Source: an uncultured beta proteobacterium
Lineage (GTDB): Bacteria > Pseudomonadota > Gammaproteobacteria > Burkholderiales > Casimicrobiaceae
Reading direction: 5' to 3'
Length of the DNA: 64,000 bases
NCBI GenBank assembly: GCA_963829375.1
Contig: CAWHIS010000018.1
Location: 46,992 to 110,991, forward strand
Below are positions 40,006 to 53,444 of this stretch, piece by piece (the stretch's first letter is position 1; the number at the start of each line of letters is the position of its first letter). Both the position numbers and the translations under genes were made by a program. The notes beneath the pieces were generated by a model. That model saw only the letters and a program-made list of their open reading frames with translations, was not told where the DNA came from and did not search any database.

Positions 40006-41199
40006 GTGCCGGCGCGTCGATCATTCAAAGGACGGTTGTCTTCGGAATACAAGGCACTCTCCGCCGTGCTTTTTTCGGTGCTGGTAACGCCGACGGCGCA
40101 CGCGCAGTTCTCGAACGTCAGGCTCTACGGGAACCTCAACCTCGATATCGAATTCGTTAACGGTCGCCAGCCCGACGGGTCCAACCCGACGGTCAACCGT
40201 GTGTCGAGCAACTCCTCGCGCTTCGGCATTCGCGGCGTCGAATATCTCGGTGCGGGCAATGCGGCGATTTTCCAGATCGAGTCCAACGTTCAGGGCGACA
40301 CGGGCAATGCGTCCAATTCGGGTATCGCCAGTCGCGAGACCTTTGTCGGCATCCAAGGCGCCTGGGGAATGGTCAGGACTGGCAAATTCCTCACACCTTA
40401 CGACGACATTCTCCCGATATTCGGCAATGTACCCACTTTGACGACGTCGATCCTGTCGACGGCCGCGATCTGGGCGCAGGGTCCCTTGCAAAAGGGCCAG
40501 GGCGGCTTCGACGCCAGGCTGGGCAACTCGATCCGCTACGACTCACCGAATTGGGAGGGTCTGGTCGCCTCGATACAATATTCGACGCGGGATTCCTCCG
40601 GCAATGCCAACGGCGCCACCGGAGACAACGGTGACCACCCGTCCGAGATGCGGCACGCGTACGTTGCGGGCTTTGGCGCGATCTATGCGAATGGCCCGGT
40701 CGACGTCGGGCTAGCCTACGAGCACAACTACAATGTTCGCGTCACGGGTCGTAAGGACGATGCGCTGTCGGTCGCCGCAGGGTACGATCTCGGCGCGGTC
40801 GGACCGATCGCCAGTGTGCGAATCGGTGGCGTGTACGAACGCCTGCTTTACGACACGCCAACCGGAAACCTGACGCGAAATTTCTACGCGGTATCGGCAA
40901 CACTCGCGGTGGGCGACGGCGCGCTCTACGCCTTCGTCGGCCGCGCGGCCAACGGGACCGGCGGCGCGGAAGACGGCACGCAAATCGGTGGCCTGACCAA
41001 GGGGCCGAACTCGGCGGCGACACAGTGGGAGCTGTCCTACAGCTACAGCCTGTCGCCACGGACGATGCTCTATGCCGGATACGTGCAGGTGGCGAATCAG
41101 CTCAACGCGAGTTATCAGTTCAATATCAACGATTATCCGGCTGCGGCGCGAGGCGCCCACTTAAACGGCGTGATCGCCGGGATTGCGCACTTCTTCTAG
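40006..41199 (+). CDS. Gram-negative porin (paralog of 37598-39010)
   Basis: 397 aa, GTG start after ggag. [43 protein letters not shown] and a C-terminal ...GIAHFF. No cysteine in the whole sequence. Confidence 0.88.
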   Translation: MPARRSFKGRLSSEYKALSAVLFSVLVTPTAHAQFSNVRLYGNLNLDIEFVNGRQPDGSNPTVNRVSSNSSRFGIRGVEYLGAGNAAIFQIESNVQGDTGNASNSGIASRETFVGIQGAWGMVRTGKFLTPYDDILPIFGNVPTLTTSILSTAAIWAQGPLQKGQGGFDARLGNSIRYDSPNWEGLVASIQYSTRDSSGNANGATGDNGDHPSEMRHAYVAGFGAIYANGPVDVGLAYEHNYNVRVTGRKDDALSVAAGYDLGAVGPIASVRIGGVYERLLYDTPTGNLTRNFYAVSATLAVGDGALYAFVGRAANGTGGAEDGTQIGGLTKGPNSAATQWELSYSYSLSPRTMLYAGYVQVANQLNASYQFNINDYPAAARGAHLNGVIAGIAHFF

Positions 41200-42455
41200 C
41201 CGGGACCCGGCGGCGCAGCGACTGGTGTCCGGGCAGCACGCATCCAGGTCCGTAGCGCGTGGATTCTCGCCGCACGTATGCGTTGCGGCAGTTCGCCCGC
41301 GTCCGGGTGTCCGGGCGGAATGCCGTTCGCAATTGCCGCTGCATCGACCCCTCGGACTACGCCCAGCGCCGCCTCCAACCACGGCCGAGGCGCAAAGGAC
41401 AAACCGGCCCGACCCGGGCGCGACAACGCGTCGGCTGCACACACGCGGATCAAGTTGTCCAGGCGGTCGGGGCGACGCACTGCGTCCGCCGCCAGGAGCA
41501 GATCGAGCAGCGTCGCAGGCCTCAGCAGCAGCGCGCGCTGGACGACGCCGTGATAGCGCGCCGCAAGGCGCGCGAGTTCGCGGCAATCGCCAGGCGCGCG
41601 CAAGCGCTGCGACAGGTTTTCCGCCAGGCGCACACTTCTCGCTTCGTGCGCGAGGTGCCGCGGCCAGTCGGAGGGCGCGGTCGCCGCTTTGCCAAGGTCG
41701 TGGGTAAGCACTGCGTAGCGTACCGGCAACGAGTCTCCCGCCGTCGCGGAGAAATCGACGGCTTGCAACACGTGCACGCCAGTGTCGAACTCGGGGTGGT
41801 GTGCGATCGGCTGCGGTACGCCGAACAGCGCATCGATCTCGGGCAGCAGCAGCGCGAGCGCGCCGCAGCGCCGCAATTCGAAAAAAAAACGCGATGGCCG
41901 CGGCTCCATGAGTGCGCGCGCAAGCTCCTGCCAGACGCGTTCCGGTGTCAACGTCGCCAGTTCGCCGGAACCTGCGATTGCGCGCATCAGCGCCTCTGTT
42001 TCCGGAGCGACCGCAAATCCCAGGCGCGCCGCGAATCGCGCGACACGCAGCACCCGCAGGGGGTCCTCGGCGAATGCCGCGCTGACATGCCGGAGCACCC
42101 CGGCCCGCAAATCCGCTTCCCCCCCGTAAGGATCGATCAGGGTGCCGTCGCCGTCGCGCGCCATCGCATTGATGGTGAGATCGCGCCGCGCGAGGTCGGC
42201 CTCCAAGGTGACATCCGGTGCAGCATGGAACGTGAACCCGTGATACCCACGGCCACTCTTGCGCTCAGTGCGCGCGAGCGCGTATTCCTCGTTGGTTTGC
42301 GGATGCAGGAAAACCGGAAAATCACGGCCGACCGGACGAAAGCCCTGCGCGAGCATCGCGTCAGGCGTTGCCCCGACGACAACGTAGTCGCGATCGGCCA
42401 CGGGACGTCCGAGCAATTCGTCACGCACCGCGCCGCCGACGGAGTAGATCTTCAT
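41196..42455 (-). CDS. cca: multifunctional CCA-adding tRNA nucleotidyltransferase / phosphohydrolase
   Basis: 419 aa from the ATG at 42455: [35 protein letters not shown] and an HD domain (LTHDLGK). Confidence 0.92.
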   Translation of the reverse strand: MKIYSVGGAVRDELLGRPVADRDYVVVGATPDAMLAQGFRPVGRDFPVFLHPQTNEEYALARTERKSGRGYHGFTFHAAPDVTLEADLARRDLTINAMARDGDGTLIDPYGGEADLRAGVLRHVSAAFAEDPLRVLRVARFAARLGFAVAPETEALMRAIAGSGELATLTPERVWQELARALMEPRPSRFFFELRRCGALALLLPEIDALFGVPQPIAHHPEFDTGVHVLQAVDFSATAGDSLPVRYAVLTHDLGKAATAPSDWPRHLAHEARSVRLAENLSQRLRAPGDCRELARLAARYHGVVQRALLLRPATLLDLLLAADAVRRPDRLDNLIRVCAADALSRPGRAGLSFAPRPWLEAALGVVRGVDAAAIANGIPPGHPDAGELPQRIRAARIHALRTWMRAARTPVAAPPGPG

Positions 42456-42481
42456 CGCCGGAGTCGCGGGCCGCGGGTCAC

Positions 42482-43423
42482 TCACCTCCCCGTATTCGCG
42501 CGATAGACATCGAAGCGGCTTCTGGCCGCTTTCACGGATAGGTATTCCGGCGCGATGGCTTCGAGTGCGGTAGGCGTCAATCCGAACCGTGCGGGAAACG
42601 CGCAACCGCAGACATTGTCCTTGCGCATCGACAGGATGTTGTCGCGGCTCAGCAGCGGACCCGGGAGCCACTCCATGATGCGCGCCTGCAACATCGACAG
42701 GGCCGGCCCCAGAGAAACGATCGGCCGGCGGTGCCCGACAAGCTCGCCGGCGTAGGCGACAAGTTCACGCAACGTATAGATTGTCGGCCCGCATAGGCGA
42801 TAACGCTGGCCGTGGGTCGCATCGTCAGGCAATGCCCGCATGAAAGCCCGGGCGACATCGCCGACGAACACCGGCTGGAAGCGCGCGTGGGGGCAGGCAA
42901 GGGCGATGACTGGGAGCAGGCGTTCCAGTCGCGCGAAGAGATTGAGGAAACGATCTTCCCGGCCGAAGATCACCGATGGCTGAAATATGGTCCAGGCAAG
43001 ACCCGACGCGGTGACGATTGTCTCGGCTTCACCCTTGGTGGCGAGGTACCGGCTCGGACCTTGGGGGTCAGCACCCAGCGCACTCATATGCAGCAGGCGA
43101 CTGACTCCCGCTGCGTGGCAGGCGCCCACGACTTTGCGCGCGAGCTCGACGTGGGTGCGGACGAAGTCGCCGTTTCGCGACTCGTTGAGGATGCCCACCA
43201 GGTTGACCACGGAGCCGGCGTCGCGCACCAGGCGCTCGAGCACTGCGCCGTCATGAATGTCGGCCTCGACAACGTCGACCGTGGGCAGCAGGATCAGGTG
43301 TTTGGCGCTCTCCCGCCTCCGCGTCGGTACGATCACCCTGCGCCCGGCGCCTGCAAGCTGGCTCGCGAGGTGCCTGCCCACGAATCCGCTGCCGCCGAGT
43401 ACGAGGACCGCCGCCTCGTTCAC
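42482..43423 (-). CDS. NAD(P)H-binding SDR, complex I NDUFA9-like family protein
   Basis: 313 aa: [12 protein letters not shown] Rossmann motif, atypical SDR layout, YL.TKGEAE. Confidence 0.75.
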   Translation of the reverse strand: MNEAAVLVLGGSGFVGRHLASQLAGAGRRVIVPTRRRESAKHLILLPTVDVVEADIHDGAVLERLVRDAGSVVNLVGILNESRNGDFVRTHVELARKVVGACHAAGVSRLLHMSALGADPQGPSRYLATKGEAETIVTASGLAWTIFQPSVIFGREDRFLNLFARLERLLPVIALACPHARFQPVFVGDVARAFMRALPDDATHGQRYRLCGPTIYTLRELVAYAGELVGHRRPIVSLGPALSMLQARIMEWLPGPLLSRDNILSMRKDNVCGCAFPARFGLTPTALEAIAPEYLSVKAARSRFDVYRANTGR

Positions 43424-45402
43424 CGCGAATCCTCCAGGTGATCGGCTGCCGGCACGCTGGCCACGGTCTTGGGATTTGGCGTCACCAGCCCCAAACGATC
43501 TTTCAGCGCGACGTAGGGTAGCCCCAGTTGCGCCTGGTAGAACATCGCGTTGGCAAGTACCTTCTTCACGTAGTCGCGCGTCTCATTGAAGGGGATTGTT
43601 TCTACGTAAATCGCACCTTCGATCGGTATCGTTCCGCGCCATGCCTGGGCGCGCCCCGGGCCGGCATTGTACGCCGCGGTCGCGAGCACCGGCAGACCGT
43701 CGAGGCGGTCGAGCACATAACGCAAATAATATGCCCCGAACTGGGCGTTGACGGCTGGGTCCCCGAGTTGCGGCGTGCGGAAATCCGCGCGACCGGTCTG
43801 CCGCGCTACCCATTTCGCAGTCGGTGGCATCAACTGCATCAGGCCCACCGCGCCGGCAGAGGATACGATGTCGGCCACGAAGCGGCTTTCCTGCCGCGCC
43901 AGTCCGAAGACCCAGGCCTCGTCGAGCTGCGCGTCACGGGCGGCATTTGCGATTTCGCCCTGATACGGTGTTTGATAGCGTAGCGCAAAGTCGTGCCGCC
44001 GCTGGGTGCGGTCAGCAGAGTTGATCGATCGATCGTACAACCCGTTTCGCCGCGCGAATTCCGCGGCAAGCAACAGCATCTCATCGCTCTGGCCCCGCAC
44101 GATGTACTGCCACTCGCGCAATGCTTCCGGACGCAGGTCGAGCGCGGTGAGCTTGACCACGCGCTGCACCGCATCGCGCGCGCCGAACTCGATCAGGCCC
44201 TGGGCATCCGGCGGCAGCGGTTCGCTGACCGGCATGATGGCCGCGCCGAGGGCCTCGGCTGCCATCAAACCGTAAAAGTGGTGCTCGGTGGCCAATCCTG
44301 CATACAGTCGCGTCGAATCCTCGCTTTCTCCGGCCGCCGCCAGTGCACGCGCTTTCCAGTACCTCCATGCCGGATCCAGCGCCTGGTCATCGGGCATCGC
44401 GTCGATGGCGCGCACGACGTCGGGCCATTCGCGCGCGCGCAATGCCGCCCGCACGCGCCATGCGCGCTGCTCCGGGGTCTGGCGCGCGCCTTCTGCGTCA
44501 CGATACCATTCGTTGGCAACGGGATTGAGCTGGCGTGCCGTCTGGTACGCGATGAGAAGATTGCCGTACAGACGGTCGGCTATCGGGAAGCGGTCACGCA
44601 CTTTGAGCCACGCGTCGCGTGCGCTCGCGGCATCGGCGCGAGCAGCACGATCCAGCGCGTAGAGGGCGAGCTCGCGACCGGCAACGGAGATGGGGCGGAA
44701 TTCGCCTTTCGCCAACGCTTGGGCCGCGTTGCGTTCCGCACGTTCCAGCTCGCGGGGAGCCGGTCGGTCCAGGGGCGGTAGCTCGCCTACAACGCGTGCG
44801 GCAAGGCGGGAATTGCCGGCTTCGTGCGCCAGCCGAAAGCGTGCCCAGATGTCGCCCGCCGTCAACCGTTGCACCTTCAGCATGGCAGCAAACAATGCCT
44901 GACACGATTCGGGTTGATCCTGCCCGGTTGCCCAATACGGGCGCGCCTCGTCGAGTACCGTGTCGCCATCGCGCGTGCGTTTCCACTGGATCGCGTAACA
45001 GTCGAGCTCGGCGTCGTCGCTCGCCCGTTTCGGATAGTCAGCGGCAAACAGTGCCCATTGCTCACGTTTTGCAAGCGACTTCAGCCATTCGATGCGCAAG
45101 CGGTCGGCGAGGGGCGATCCGGCGTTGCGGACAAGGAAGGCCTTGACGCGCTCAGGGTCGGCATCGTCGAGCTTGATCCGGATTTGCCAGTAGCTCACGT
45201 ATTGCTCGAGCACATGGCCCTTAAGACGCGGCGCGATCCGCTCGAGACGAGCGACGTCCCCGGCCCGATATGCGTCGCGCGCGGCGGCAAAATCGGAATC
45301 CGTGGGCTGCGCCTGGGCGGATACGGTGAACCCGAAGACGACGATCAGCGCCGCGCGAACCGCGGCGAGTTTGGGGACATGCATGGCGCGCATCGCCCGC
45401 AT
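43420..45402 (-). CDS. slt: soluble lytic murein transglycosylase (Slt70-like)
   Basis: 660 aa. Signal peptide, long superhelical U-domain, C-terminal SLT catalytic motif ARQESRF....SSAGAVGLMQLMP and AAYNAGPGR. Confidence 0.88.
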   Translation of the reverse strand: MRAMRAMHVPKLAAVRAALIVVFGFTVSAQAQPTDSDFAAARDAYRAGDVARLERIAPRLKGHVLEQYVSYWQIRIKLDDADPERVKAFLVRNAGSPLADRLRIEWLKSLAKREQWALFAADYPKRASDDAELDCYAIQWKRTRDGDTVLDEARPYWATGQDQPESCQALFAAMLKVQRLTAGDIWARFRLAHEAGNSRLAARVVGELPPLDRPAPRELERAERNAAQALAKGEFRPISVAGRELALYALDRAARADAASARDAWLKVRDRFPIADRLYGNLLIAYQTARQLNPVANEWYRDAEGARQTPEQRAWRVRAALRAREWPDVVRAIDAMPDDQALDPAWRYWKARALAAAGESEDSTRLYAGLATEHHFYGLMAAEALGAAIMPVSEPLPPDAQGLIEFGARDAVQRVVKLTALDLRPEALREWQYIVRGQSDEMLLLAAEFARRNGLYDRSINSADRTQRRHDFALRYQTPYQGEIANAARDAQLDEAWVFGLARQESRFVADIVSSAGAVGLMQLMPPTAKWVARQTGRADFRTPQLGDPAVNAQFGAYYLRYVLDRLDGLPVLATAAYNAGPGRAQAWRGTIPIEGAIYVETIPFNETRDYVKKVLANAMFYQAQLGLPYVALKDRLGLVTPNPKTVASVPAADHLEDSR

Positions 45403-45484
45403 TATCGCTCATTGCGGCGCATTTTCCCCGCGAGCATTGATACCAACGGGCCCCTCCGAGGCACGCGGCGGTCCGGTGAGCCAA

Positions 45485-45493
45485 TGGTAAAAT
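45485..45493 (+). promoter_or_regulatory. candidate extended -10 element (TGGTAAAAT) for purE
   Basis: TGgTAAAAT lies 43 nt upstream of the purE ATG. It is the same 9-mer as upstream of rubredoxin. Confidence 0.25.
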
Positions 45494-45535
45494 CGGCCGC
45501 GCCAAACGCCAGCCGCACCACAGCCAAGGATCGTT

Positions 45536-46045
45536 ATGCCACGAAGCAAGGACGCAGCTCGAGTCGGCCTCTTGATGGGCAGCGACAGCGACTGGGACAT
45601 CATGCAGCACGCGGCCGACCAGCTCGCGGCATTCGATATTCCGTATGAGGCGAAGGTTCTGTCAGCGCATCGTCTTCCCGACGAGACCTTCACCTACGCG
45701 GAAAGTGCGGCGACCCGCGGGCTCGCCTGCATCATTGCGGGCGCTGGCGGCGCCGCCCACCTCGCTGGAATATTGGCAGCGAAGACCACCTTGCCCGTGC
45801 TCGGTGTGCCGATACCCTCGAAATATCTGCGCGGCGAAGACTCCCTGCTGTCCACGGTGCAAATGCCCAAGGGCATTCCCGTGGCAACGTTCGCCATCGG
45901 CGAAGCCGGCGCCGCCAACGCTGCGCTTTTTGCCGTCGCCATGCTTGCGCTCCAGGATACGAGCCTGGCCAAGAAGCTCGTGCAATTTCGTGCGGACCAG
46001 TCCGCGGCCGTGCGGGCGAAGACGCTGCCGCCACGCAGCAAGTGA
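45536..46045 (+). CDS. purE: 5-(carboxyamino)imidazole ribonucleotide mutase
   Basis: 169 aa: [37 protein letters not shown]. Confidence 0.95.
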   Translation: MPRSKDAARVGLLMGSDSDWDIMQHAADQLAAFDIPYEAKVLSAHRLPDETFTYAESAATRGLACIIAGAGGAAHLAGILAAKTTLPVLGVPIPSKYLRGEDSLLSTVQMPKGIPVATFAIGEAGAANAALFAVAMLALQDTSLAKKLVQFRADQSAAVRAKTLPPRSK

Positions 46046-46125
46046 TCTTTGCAGACTCGTAGCCGAACATCGGCCGCGCGGATTTGCCAGCCGAGGCAGG
46101 CCGATCGAGTCGCGGGCAATCGTCC

Positions 46126-47130
46126 GTGAGTACGCGCAAGATCACTGCGGCAGACAAGCGAGTGCTTGTTACCGGAGGCGCAGGGTTCCTCGGATCCCAT
46201 CTATGCGAGCGACTGGCGCGAGATGGTTGTGACGTTCTTTGCGTGGACAACTACTTCACCGGAACCCGGGACAACATCGCCAGCTTGCTGCGCGAGTCCC
46301 GGTTCGAGGCTATGCGCCACGACGTCACGTTCCCGCTGTACGTGGAGGTCGACGAGATCTACAACCTGGCGTGCCCGGCCTCCCCGGTCCACTATCAGCT
46401 GGATCCGGTGCAGACGACGAAGACCTGTGTACATGGAGCCATTAACATGCTGGGCCTCGCCAAGCGCGTCAAGGCCAAAATTCTCCAGGCGTCCACTAGC
46501 GAGGTATACGGGGACCCGGCAATCCATCCGCAGACCGAGGACTACTGGGGTCATGTCAACCCAATCGGCCCGAGGTCATGTTATGACGAGGGGAAGCGGT
46601 GTGCAGAAACTCTTTTCTTCGACTACTGGCGTCAGCACCAGCTACGTATCAAAGTAGCGAGAATCTTCAACACGTATGGGCCACGAATGCATCCCGACGA
46701 CGGAAGGGTCGTCTCCAACTTCATTGTCCAGGCATTGCGAGACGAGCCAATTACCGTGTTTGGCGATGGCGATCAAACACGCTCGTTCTGTTACGTATCG
46801 GACATGGTCGACGGTTTGGTTCGGTTGATGGGGTCGGCAGACGGCGTCACGGGTCCCATCAATCTCGGTAATCCATCGGAGTGCACGATCAGCGAACTCG
46901 CGGCTACGATCATCGACCTGGTTGGCTCGCGCTCGCGTATTGCGTACAAGCCGCTGCCCGCAGACGACCCGAAGCAGAGGTGTCCTGATGTCCACGAGGC
47001 TGATAAGACGCTCGGCTGGCGCTCGACGGTCACATTGCACGATGGGTTGCGCGACACGATACGGTATTTCGATGCGATGCTGCGCGGCAGTCCGGTAACT
47101 AATTCTGCGATAGTGGGCCGGTGCGCGTAG
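46126..47130 (+). CDS. UDP-glucuronate decarboxylase (UDP-xylose synthase, UXS family SDR)
   Basis: [57 protein letters not shown] and [10 protein letters not shown] closely follow the UXS1 family. Start is either GTG 46126 or the ORF start 46084. G+C is lower than in the flanks. Confidence 0.88.
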   Translation: MSTRKITAADKRVLVTGGAGFLGSHLCERLARDGCDVLCVDNYFTGTRDNIASLLRESRFEAMRHDVTFPLYVEVDEIYNLACPASPVHYQLDPVQTTKTCVHGAINMLGLAKRVKAKILQASTSEVYGDPAIHPQTEDYWGHVNPIGPRSCYDEGKRCAETLFFDYWRQHQLRIKVARIFNTYGPRMHPDDGRVVSNFIVQALRDEPITVFGDGDQTRSFCYVSDMVDGLVRLMGSADGVTGPINLGNPSECTISELAATIIDLVGSRSRIAYKPLPADDPKQRCPDVHEADKTLGWRSTVTLHDGLRDTIRYFDAMLRGSPVTNSAIVGRCA

Positions 47131-47144
47131 GTCACGATGTCGAC

Positions 47145-47798
47145 TTAGGCTTTGGTGTTGCGCCTGCCCGGGTCGCGCTCGGCGCCGATCGGCAAATCGG
47201 CCACGCGCGCCATCTCGGGATCGGTGTAGCGGCACCCGGCGGCAACATAGTCAGCGGCCATGTCGGTCGCATCGACTCCCCAAAACAGCTCGTCTCCGAT
47301 CGCTATTGTAGGAACGCCAAACACGCCTCGCGCAATCGCCTCGTCCGTGTTGCGACGCAGCGCAGCCTTTACCTCCGGCGACTCGATGCGTTCCTGCGCG
47401 TCAGGCAAATGCAGCTCGCTCATCAACTCGGCCCATTCGATCGGCAGGTCGCCCAGTCGCCCGTCGCGCCATACGAATCGAAATATCCTGCGCACGGCCT
47501 CGGGATCGCAATCGGCGGCGACGGCCAGCCGTAACAACGGCAGCGGGTTGAAAGGGTGCACGGCAGGAAATTTGAACGGCACGCCGAGCTTGCGTGCCTG
47601 CCAGACGAGAAAGCGGTAGGTGAAGCGGCGCTTGGCAGGAATCTCCGCCGGCCCCTTCTGCCCTTGTGCCTTCAATAGCCCGGCAAAGAGAACCGGGCGA
47701 TAGTGGACCCGCAACCTGGCCTCGAGCGCCGGCAGCTGCTCGCATTGCAGGTAGGAGAATGGCGAAACAAAATCGAAGTACCACTCAGCGCTGGCCAT
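47145..47798 (-). CDS. 2-hydroxychromene-2-carboxylate isomerase family protein (DsbA-like/kappa-GST-like)
   Basis: 217 aa from the ATG at 47798: WYFDFVSPFSYL, GVFGVPT..IGDELFWG.D. Confidence 0.8.
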   Translation of the reverse strand: MASAEWYFDFVSPFSYLQCEQLPALEARLRVHYRPVLFAGLLKAQGQKGPAEIPAKRRFTYRFLVWQARKLGVPFKFPAVHPFNPLPLLRLAVAADCDPEAVRRIFRFVWRDGRLGDLPIEWAELMSELHLPDAQERIESPEVKAALRRNTDEAIARGVFGVPTIAIGDELFWGVDATDMAADYVAAGCRYTDPEMARVADLPIGAERDPGRRNTKA

Positions 47799-48066
47799 CG
47801 GCGGCGTCCGGTACGTGTGGCAATTCGCCGACGCGCGCGCGACGGGCGGGAAGCACAGCGACAAGCGCGCGCTTCACCTCATCGCTGAATTCGCTCCAGC
47901 CCGCGATTTCGTCGAGCGTTCGATAGCAGCCTGCGCACAGTCCGCTGACGGGATCCATGCGGCATACGCTGATGCACGGGGATGCGACATGTCGCGCATC
48001 CGCTTCCGCCAGCCTCATCGGATTGCCTTCACGCTGCGCGTCTTTTGGATGGTCCGTCGTGGTCAT
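47785..48066 (-). CDS. DUF1289 domain-containing protein
   Basis: 93 aa with [29 protein letters not shown], the 4-Cys DUF1289 signature. ATGA overlap with the upstream HMG-CoA lyase stop. Confidence 0.8.
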   Translation of the reverse strand: MTTTDHPKDAQREGNPMRLAEADARHVASPCISVCRMDPVSGLCAGCYRTLDEIAGWSEFSDEVKRALVAVLPARRARVGELPHVPDAADGQR

Positions 48067-48980
48067 GGGGTGACGAGCGGCTGCTTGGCATTCAGCGCCC
48101 GAGCGACTCGCGAAATCGGTTCACGTCCAAGGAAGTCAGAGATGTACTGTCCCGCGACGCGCAACCGGGTCATGTCGACGCCCGTCTCAATGCCCAATCC
48201 TTCGAGCAGATACAGCACATCCTCCGTGGCGACGTTGCCTGTTGCCCCCTTGGCGTAGGGACAGCCACCCAACCCGGACACCGAACTGTCGAAGGTCGCG
48301 ATACCCAGCTCCATTGCAGCGTAGACGTTGGCCAACGCCTGGCCGTACGTGTCGTGAAAATGCCCGGCAAGGCTTTCCAGCGGCACCGCGGACGCGACTG
48401 TCGCAACGAGCGTCTGGGTCTTTCCTGGCGTGCCGGTGCCAATCGTGTCACCCAGCGATATCTCATAGCACCCCATGGTGTGAAGCGCCGCGGCGACTTC
48501 GCGTACCCGCTCCGGAGCAACATCGCCTTCGTACGGACACCCGAGCACGCACGAAATGTAGCCGCGCACGCGCACGCCGTGTCGACGTGCCGCGTCGGCG
48601 ACGGGGCGCGCGCGGGCGATACTTTCCGCTATGGAACAGTTGATATTTTTCGTGGAAAACGACTCGGTTGCGGCAACGAATACCGCGACTTCGTCGCATC
48701 CCGCGGCCAGCGCGGCCTCGAAGCCCTTCAGGTTCGGCGTCAATACCGGGTAGCGCACGCCCCGCTTACGCCGGATCTGCGCCATTACGCTCGCGTTGTC
48801 GGCCATCTGCGGCACCCACTTCGGCGACACGAAGCTGGTGGCCTCGATGGCCGGCAATCCGGCATCGGTCAGGCGATCGATCAGTTCGACCTTCACCTCA
48901 GTGGGCACGATGGCTTTTTCGTTCTGCAAGCCATCGCGCGGGCCGACCTCGACCATGCGTACGCGTTGTGGCAGCTTCAC
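48063..48980 (-). CDS. liuE: hydroxymethylglutaryl-CoA lyase
   Basis: 305 aa: [60 protein letters not shown]. Confidence 0.93.
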   Translation of the reverse strand: MKLPQRVRMVEVGPRDGLQNEKAIVPTEVKVELIDRLTDAGLPAIEATSFVSPKWVPQMADNASVMAQIRRKRGVRYPVLTPNLKGFEAALAAGCDEVAVFVAATESFSTKNINCSIAESIARARPVADAARRHGVRVRGYISCVLGCPYEGDVAPERVREVAAALHTMGCYEISLGDTIGTGTPGKTQTLVATVASAVPLESLAGHFHDTYGQALANVYAAMELGIATFDSSVSGLGGCPYAKGATGNVATEDVLYLLEGLGIETGVDMTRLRVAGQYISDFLGREPISRVARALNAKQPLVTP

Positions 48981-48995
48981 TTGTAGGCGTTCACT

Positions 48996-49912
48996 TCAGT
49001 ACGCGCGTGCGGTGTCGACCACGCCCGTGATCGGCAAGCCTGCTTCGAGGCGGCCGATCTTGGCGGCGATCTGCTTGACCGATTGCGCAATGCTCGTTAC
49101 GGCCGAGATGTGCGGCGTTAGAGTGATCCCCGGATGATGCCAGAACGGATGTCCAGTCGGTAACGGCTCGCTCTCGAATACGTCGAGCATCGCGCCCGCG
49201 AGGTGCCCGCAGTCGATCTGCGCGATCAAATCGCGTTCGACGATGAGCGCACCGCGGGCGACATTCACCACGAACGCGCCCTGGGGCAAGCGTGAAAGTT
49301 TGTGGCGATCGAGCAGCCCCCGCGTTGCGTGAGTCAGCGGCAGCATGCAGATGAGCACGCGCGACGACGCGAGGAAGAGGTCGATCTGGTCGGGGGTGAA
49401 GCTCGTTACGCCTGGCAGTTCTTTGCGAGTGCGACTGCAACTCAGGATCGGGAATCCGAACGAAAGCAGCACGCGCGCGACATGACGCCCAAGCACTCCC
49501 ATCCCAAGCAGGCCGACGCCGAAGGTGCGTTTGTCGAGCCGCGGGCGCGCATACCATCGCGCCGCCGCCTGCGCCGTTTCGTACTCGCCGAACTCGCGAT
49601 AGCAGCGCAGCACTGCATACGTCACGTATTCGGCCATCTGTTCCGCCATGCCGGCGTCTTCTAAACGTATCAATGCCACCCCGGGTGGCCACTCGGACAA
49701 ATCGGCAATGGCGTCCACGCCGGCCCCGAGATTGAACACCGCACGCGCCCCCGACAATGCCGCGATCATTGCCGGCGGCGGCTTCCACACCAGCGCATAG
49801 TCGGTGGTCGCGTCCGTTCGCGGCCACACGCTGATGCGCGCCTGCGGCAACTCGCGCGCGAGCGTGTCAAGCCAGCACGCGCCGTTGTCCCCTGCCGTAT
49901 AAAACAGGATAT

Positions 49913-49916
<4 letters not shown>
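48996..49916 (-). CDS. ghrA: glyoxylate/hydroxypyruvate reductase A-like D-2-hydroxyacid dehydrogenase
   Basis: 306 aa, alignable by eye along its whole length to E. coli GhrA (YALVW.PP, LGAGVD, RLED.GM.EQM.EY, G.G.LG, NLARG, AMLDVF..EPLP, TPH.). Confidence 0.8.
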
Positions 49917-51920
<2,004 letters not shown>

Positions 51921-51928
<8 letters not shown>

Positions 51929-52562
51929 CGTGGCGTTTCTCCGACGCGCTTCCGGAATTCGCATGCGCAAACCACCGCCCGATGCGTTCAATGAGCGCAC
52001 GGATGAATCGCCATAGTTTTGGCAGCAGCCAGATCGAAAACGCCACCAGCACCGCGACCACCGCGAGTGCGATGAACGGATAAGCCAACGCCAGATAGAC
52101 GAGTCCACCGGCGAGCAGGTCTTCCCCGAACGACGCCACCCAATTCGAGACCGGCTCGGGCGATGTATTGATGACCGCCCGCGTTCCGGCCTTGGTGAAG
52201 TGGCTGCCGGCGGCCAGCGTGCCGCCGATGATCGCCGCGGCCATGGTCCACGCCGGCGGCGAGTCGCCGAAGACGCCCGCTGCCAGCGCCGCGCCCGCCG
52301 GGATGCGAATGACGGTGTGCACGAGATCCCACGCGGTGTCGACACCCGGAATCTTGTCCGCAAAAAACTCCGCGACGACCATGAAACCGGACGCCGCCAG
52401 CACCATCGGATGCGCGAGGATCTGCAAGTGCTGCGGCAGATCGAACCAGCCGGCGTAGCCGACGGCGCCGACAATGAAGAGCACGGCGTAAAGGCGGATG
52501 CCGCTCGCCCAGCCCAGCGCCGTCGCCAGCGCGATCAATTGCCAGGTGTCGAAGCGATCCAT
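51921..52562 (-). CDS. DUF4126 domain-containing membrane protein
   Basis: 213 aa, multi-TM: LGWASGIRLYAVLF..G, VVAEFFADKIPGVDTAWD..HT.IRIPAGA. 8-nt overlap with the liuD start. Confidence 0.75.
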
Positions 52563-52577
52563 GTCAGGCTGGCTCGG

Positions 52578-53438
52578 TCATTCGTCGCGCGGGACCCACG
52601 CCGCACTGCGCTTGGCGAGGAATGCGGCCACTCCTTCCTTGCCTTCAGCCGACGCGCGCACGGACGCGATGCGTTCGGCCGTTTCGGCAACGAGATCGGC
52701 GTCGATCGGGCGGTGCGCAACCAGGCGCAGCAGCGACTTGCATTCGGCCTGCGCATTGGGCCCCGCCTTGACCAGCAGGCCGAGCACGTCATCGATCCGT
52801 TCGTCGAGTTCGGCGGGCACGGCGATATCGTGCAACAGGCCGAGACGGAATGCTTCCGCGGCGGTGAATCGCTCCGCGGTCAGAAACAGCCGCCGCGCCG
52901 CTCGCGCGCCGATCGCCTCGACGACGTACGGACTTATCGTCGCGGGTATGAGCCCGAGCCGGGCTTCCGACAGCGCAAAGACCGCATCCGGGGTGCCGAC
53001 GGCGATGTCGCAGCAGGCGACGAGGCCGACGCCGCCGCCGAACGCTGCACCGTGGACCCGCGCGATCGTCGGCTTGGGGAGCTGATTCAAGGTTATAAGC
53101 ATCGCTGCCAGTGCTTTCGCATCCGCCAGGTTCTGGGCACGCGAAAATGCCGCCATCTTCTTCATCCAATTTAGATCCGCGCCGGCGCAGAAACTTGCTC
53201 CTGCACCACTCAGCACGACGGCGCGCACCGCGGGGTCGACACCAAGACCACGCAGTGAGGTGGTCAATTCGGTGATCAGGGTTTCGTTGAACGCGTTATG
53301 AACTTCGGGACGATTGAGGGTGACGACGGCGATGCCGGTGGCTACCGCGACTTCGATCGTTTGGTACCGGGAAGTAGGTGCGCGCTGCGCCGTGGATTTG
53401 CCGCTCGCGGTTGTGTTGCCAGGGTGTGCTTTGGCCAC
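52578..53438 (-). CDS. liuC: methylglutaconyl-CoA hydratase (enoyl-CoA hydratase/crotonase family)
   Basis: 286 aa crotonase fold: VTLNRPEVHNAFN, G.G.SFCAGADL, ARVHGAAFGGG. Assigned as liuC because it sits between liuB and liuD. Confidence 0.85.
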   Translation of the reverse strand: MAKAHPGNTTASGKSTAQRAPTSRYQTIEVAVATGIAVVTLNRPEVHNAFNETLITELTTSLRGLGVDPAVRAVVLSGAGASFCAGADLNWMKKMAAFSRAQNLADAKALAAMLITLNQLPKPTIARVHGAAFGGGVGLVACCDIAVGTPDAVFALSEARLGLIPATISPYVVEAIGARAARRLFLTAERFTAAEAFRLGLLHDIAVPAELDERIDDVLGLLVKAGPNAQAECKSLLRLVAHRPIDADLVAETAERIASVRASAEGKEGVAAFLAKRSAAWVPRDE

Positions 53439-53444
53439 GGCCGG

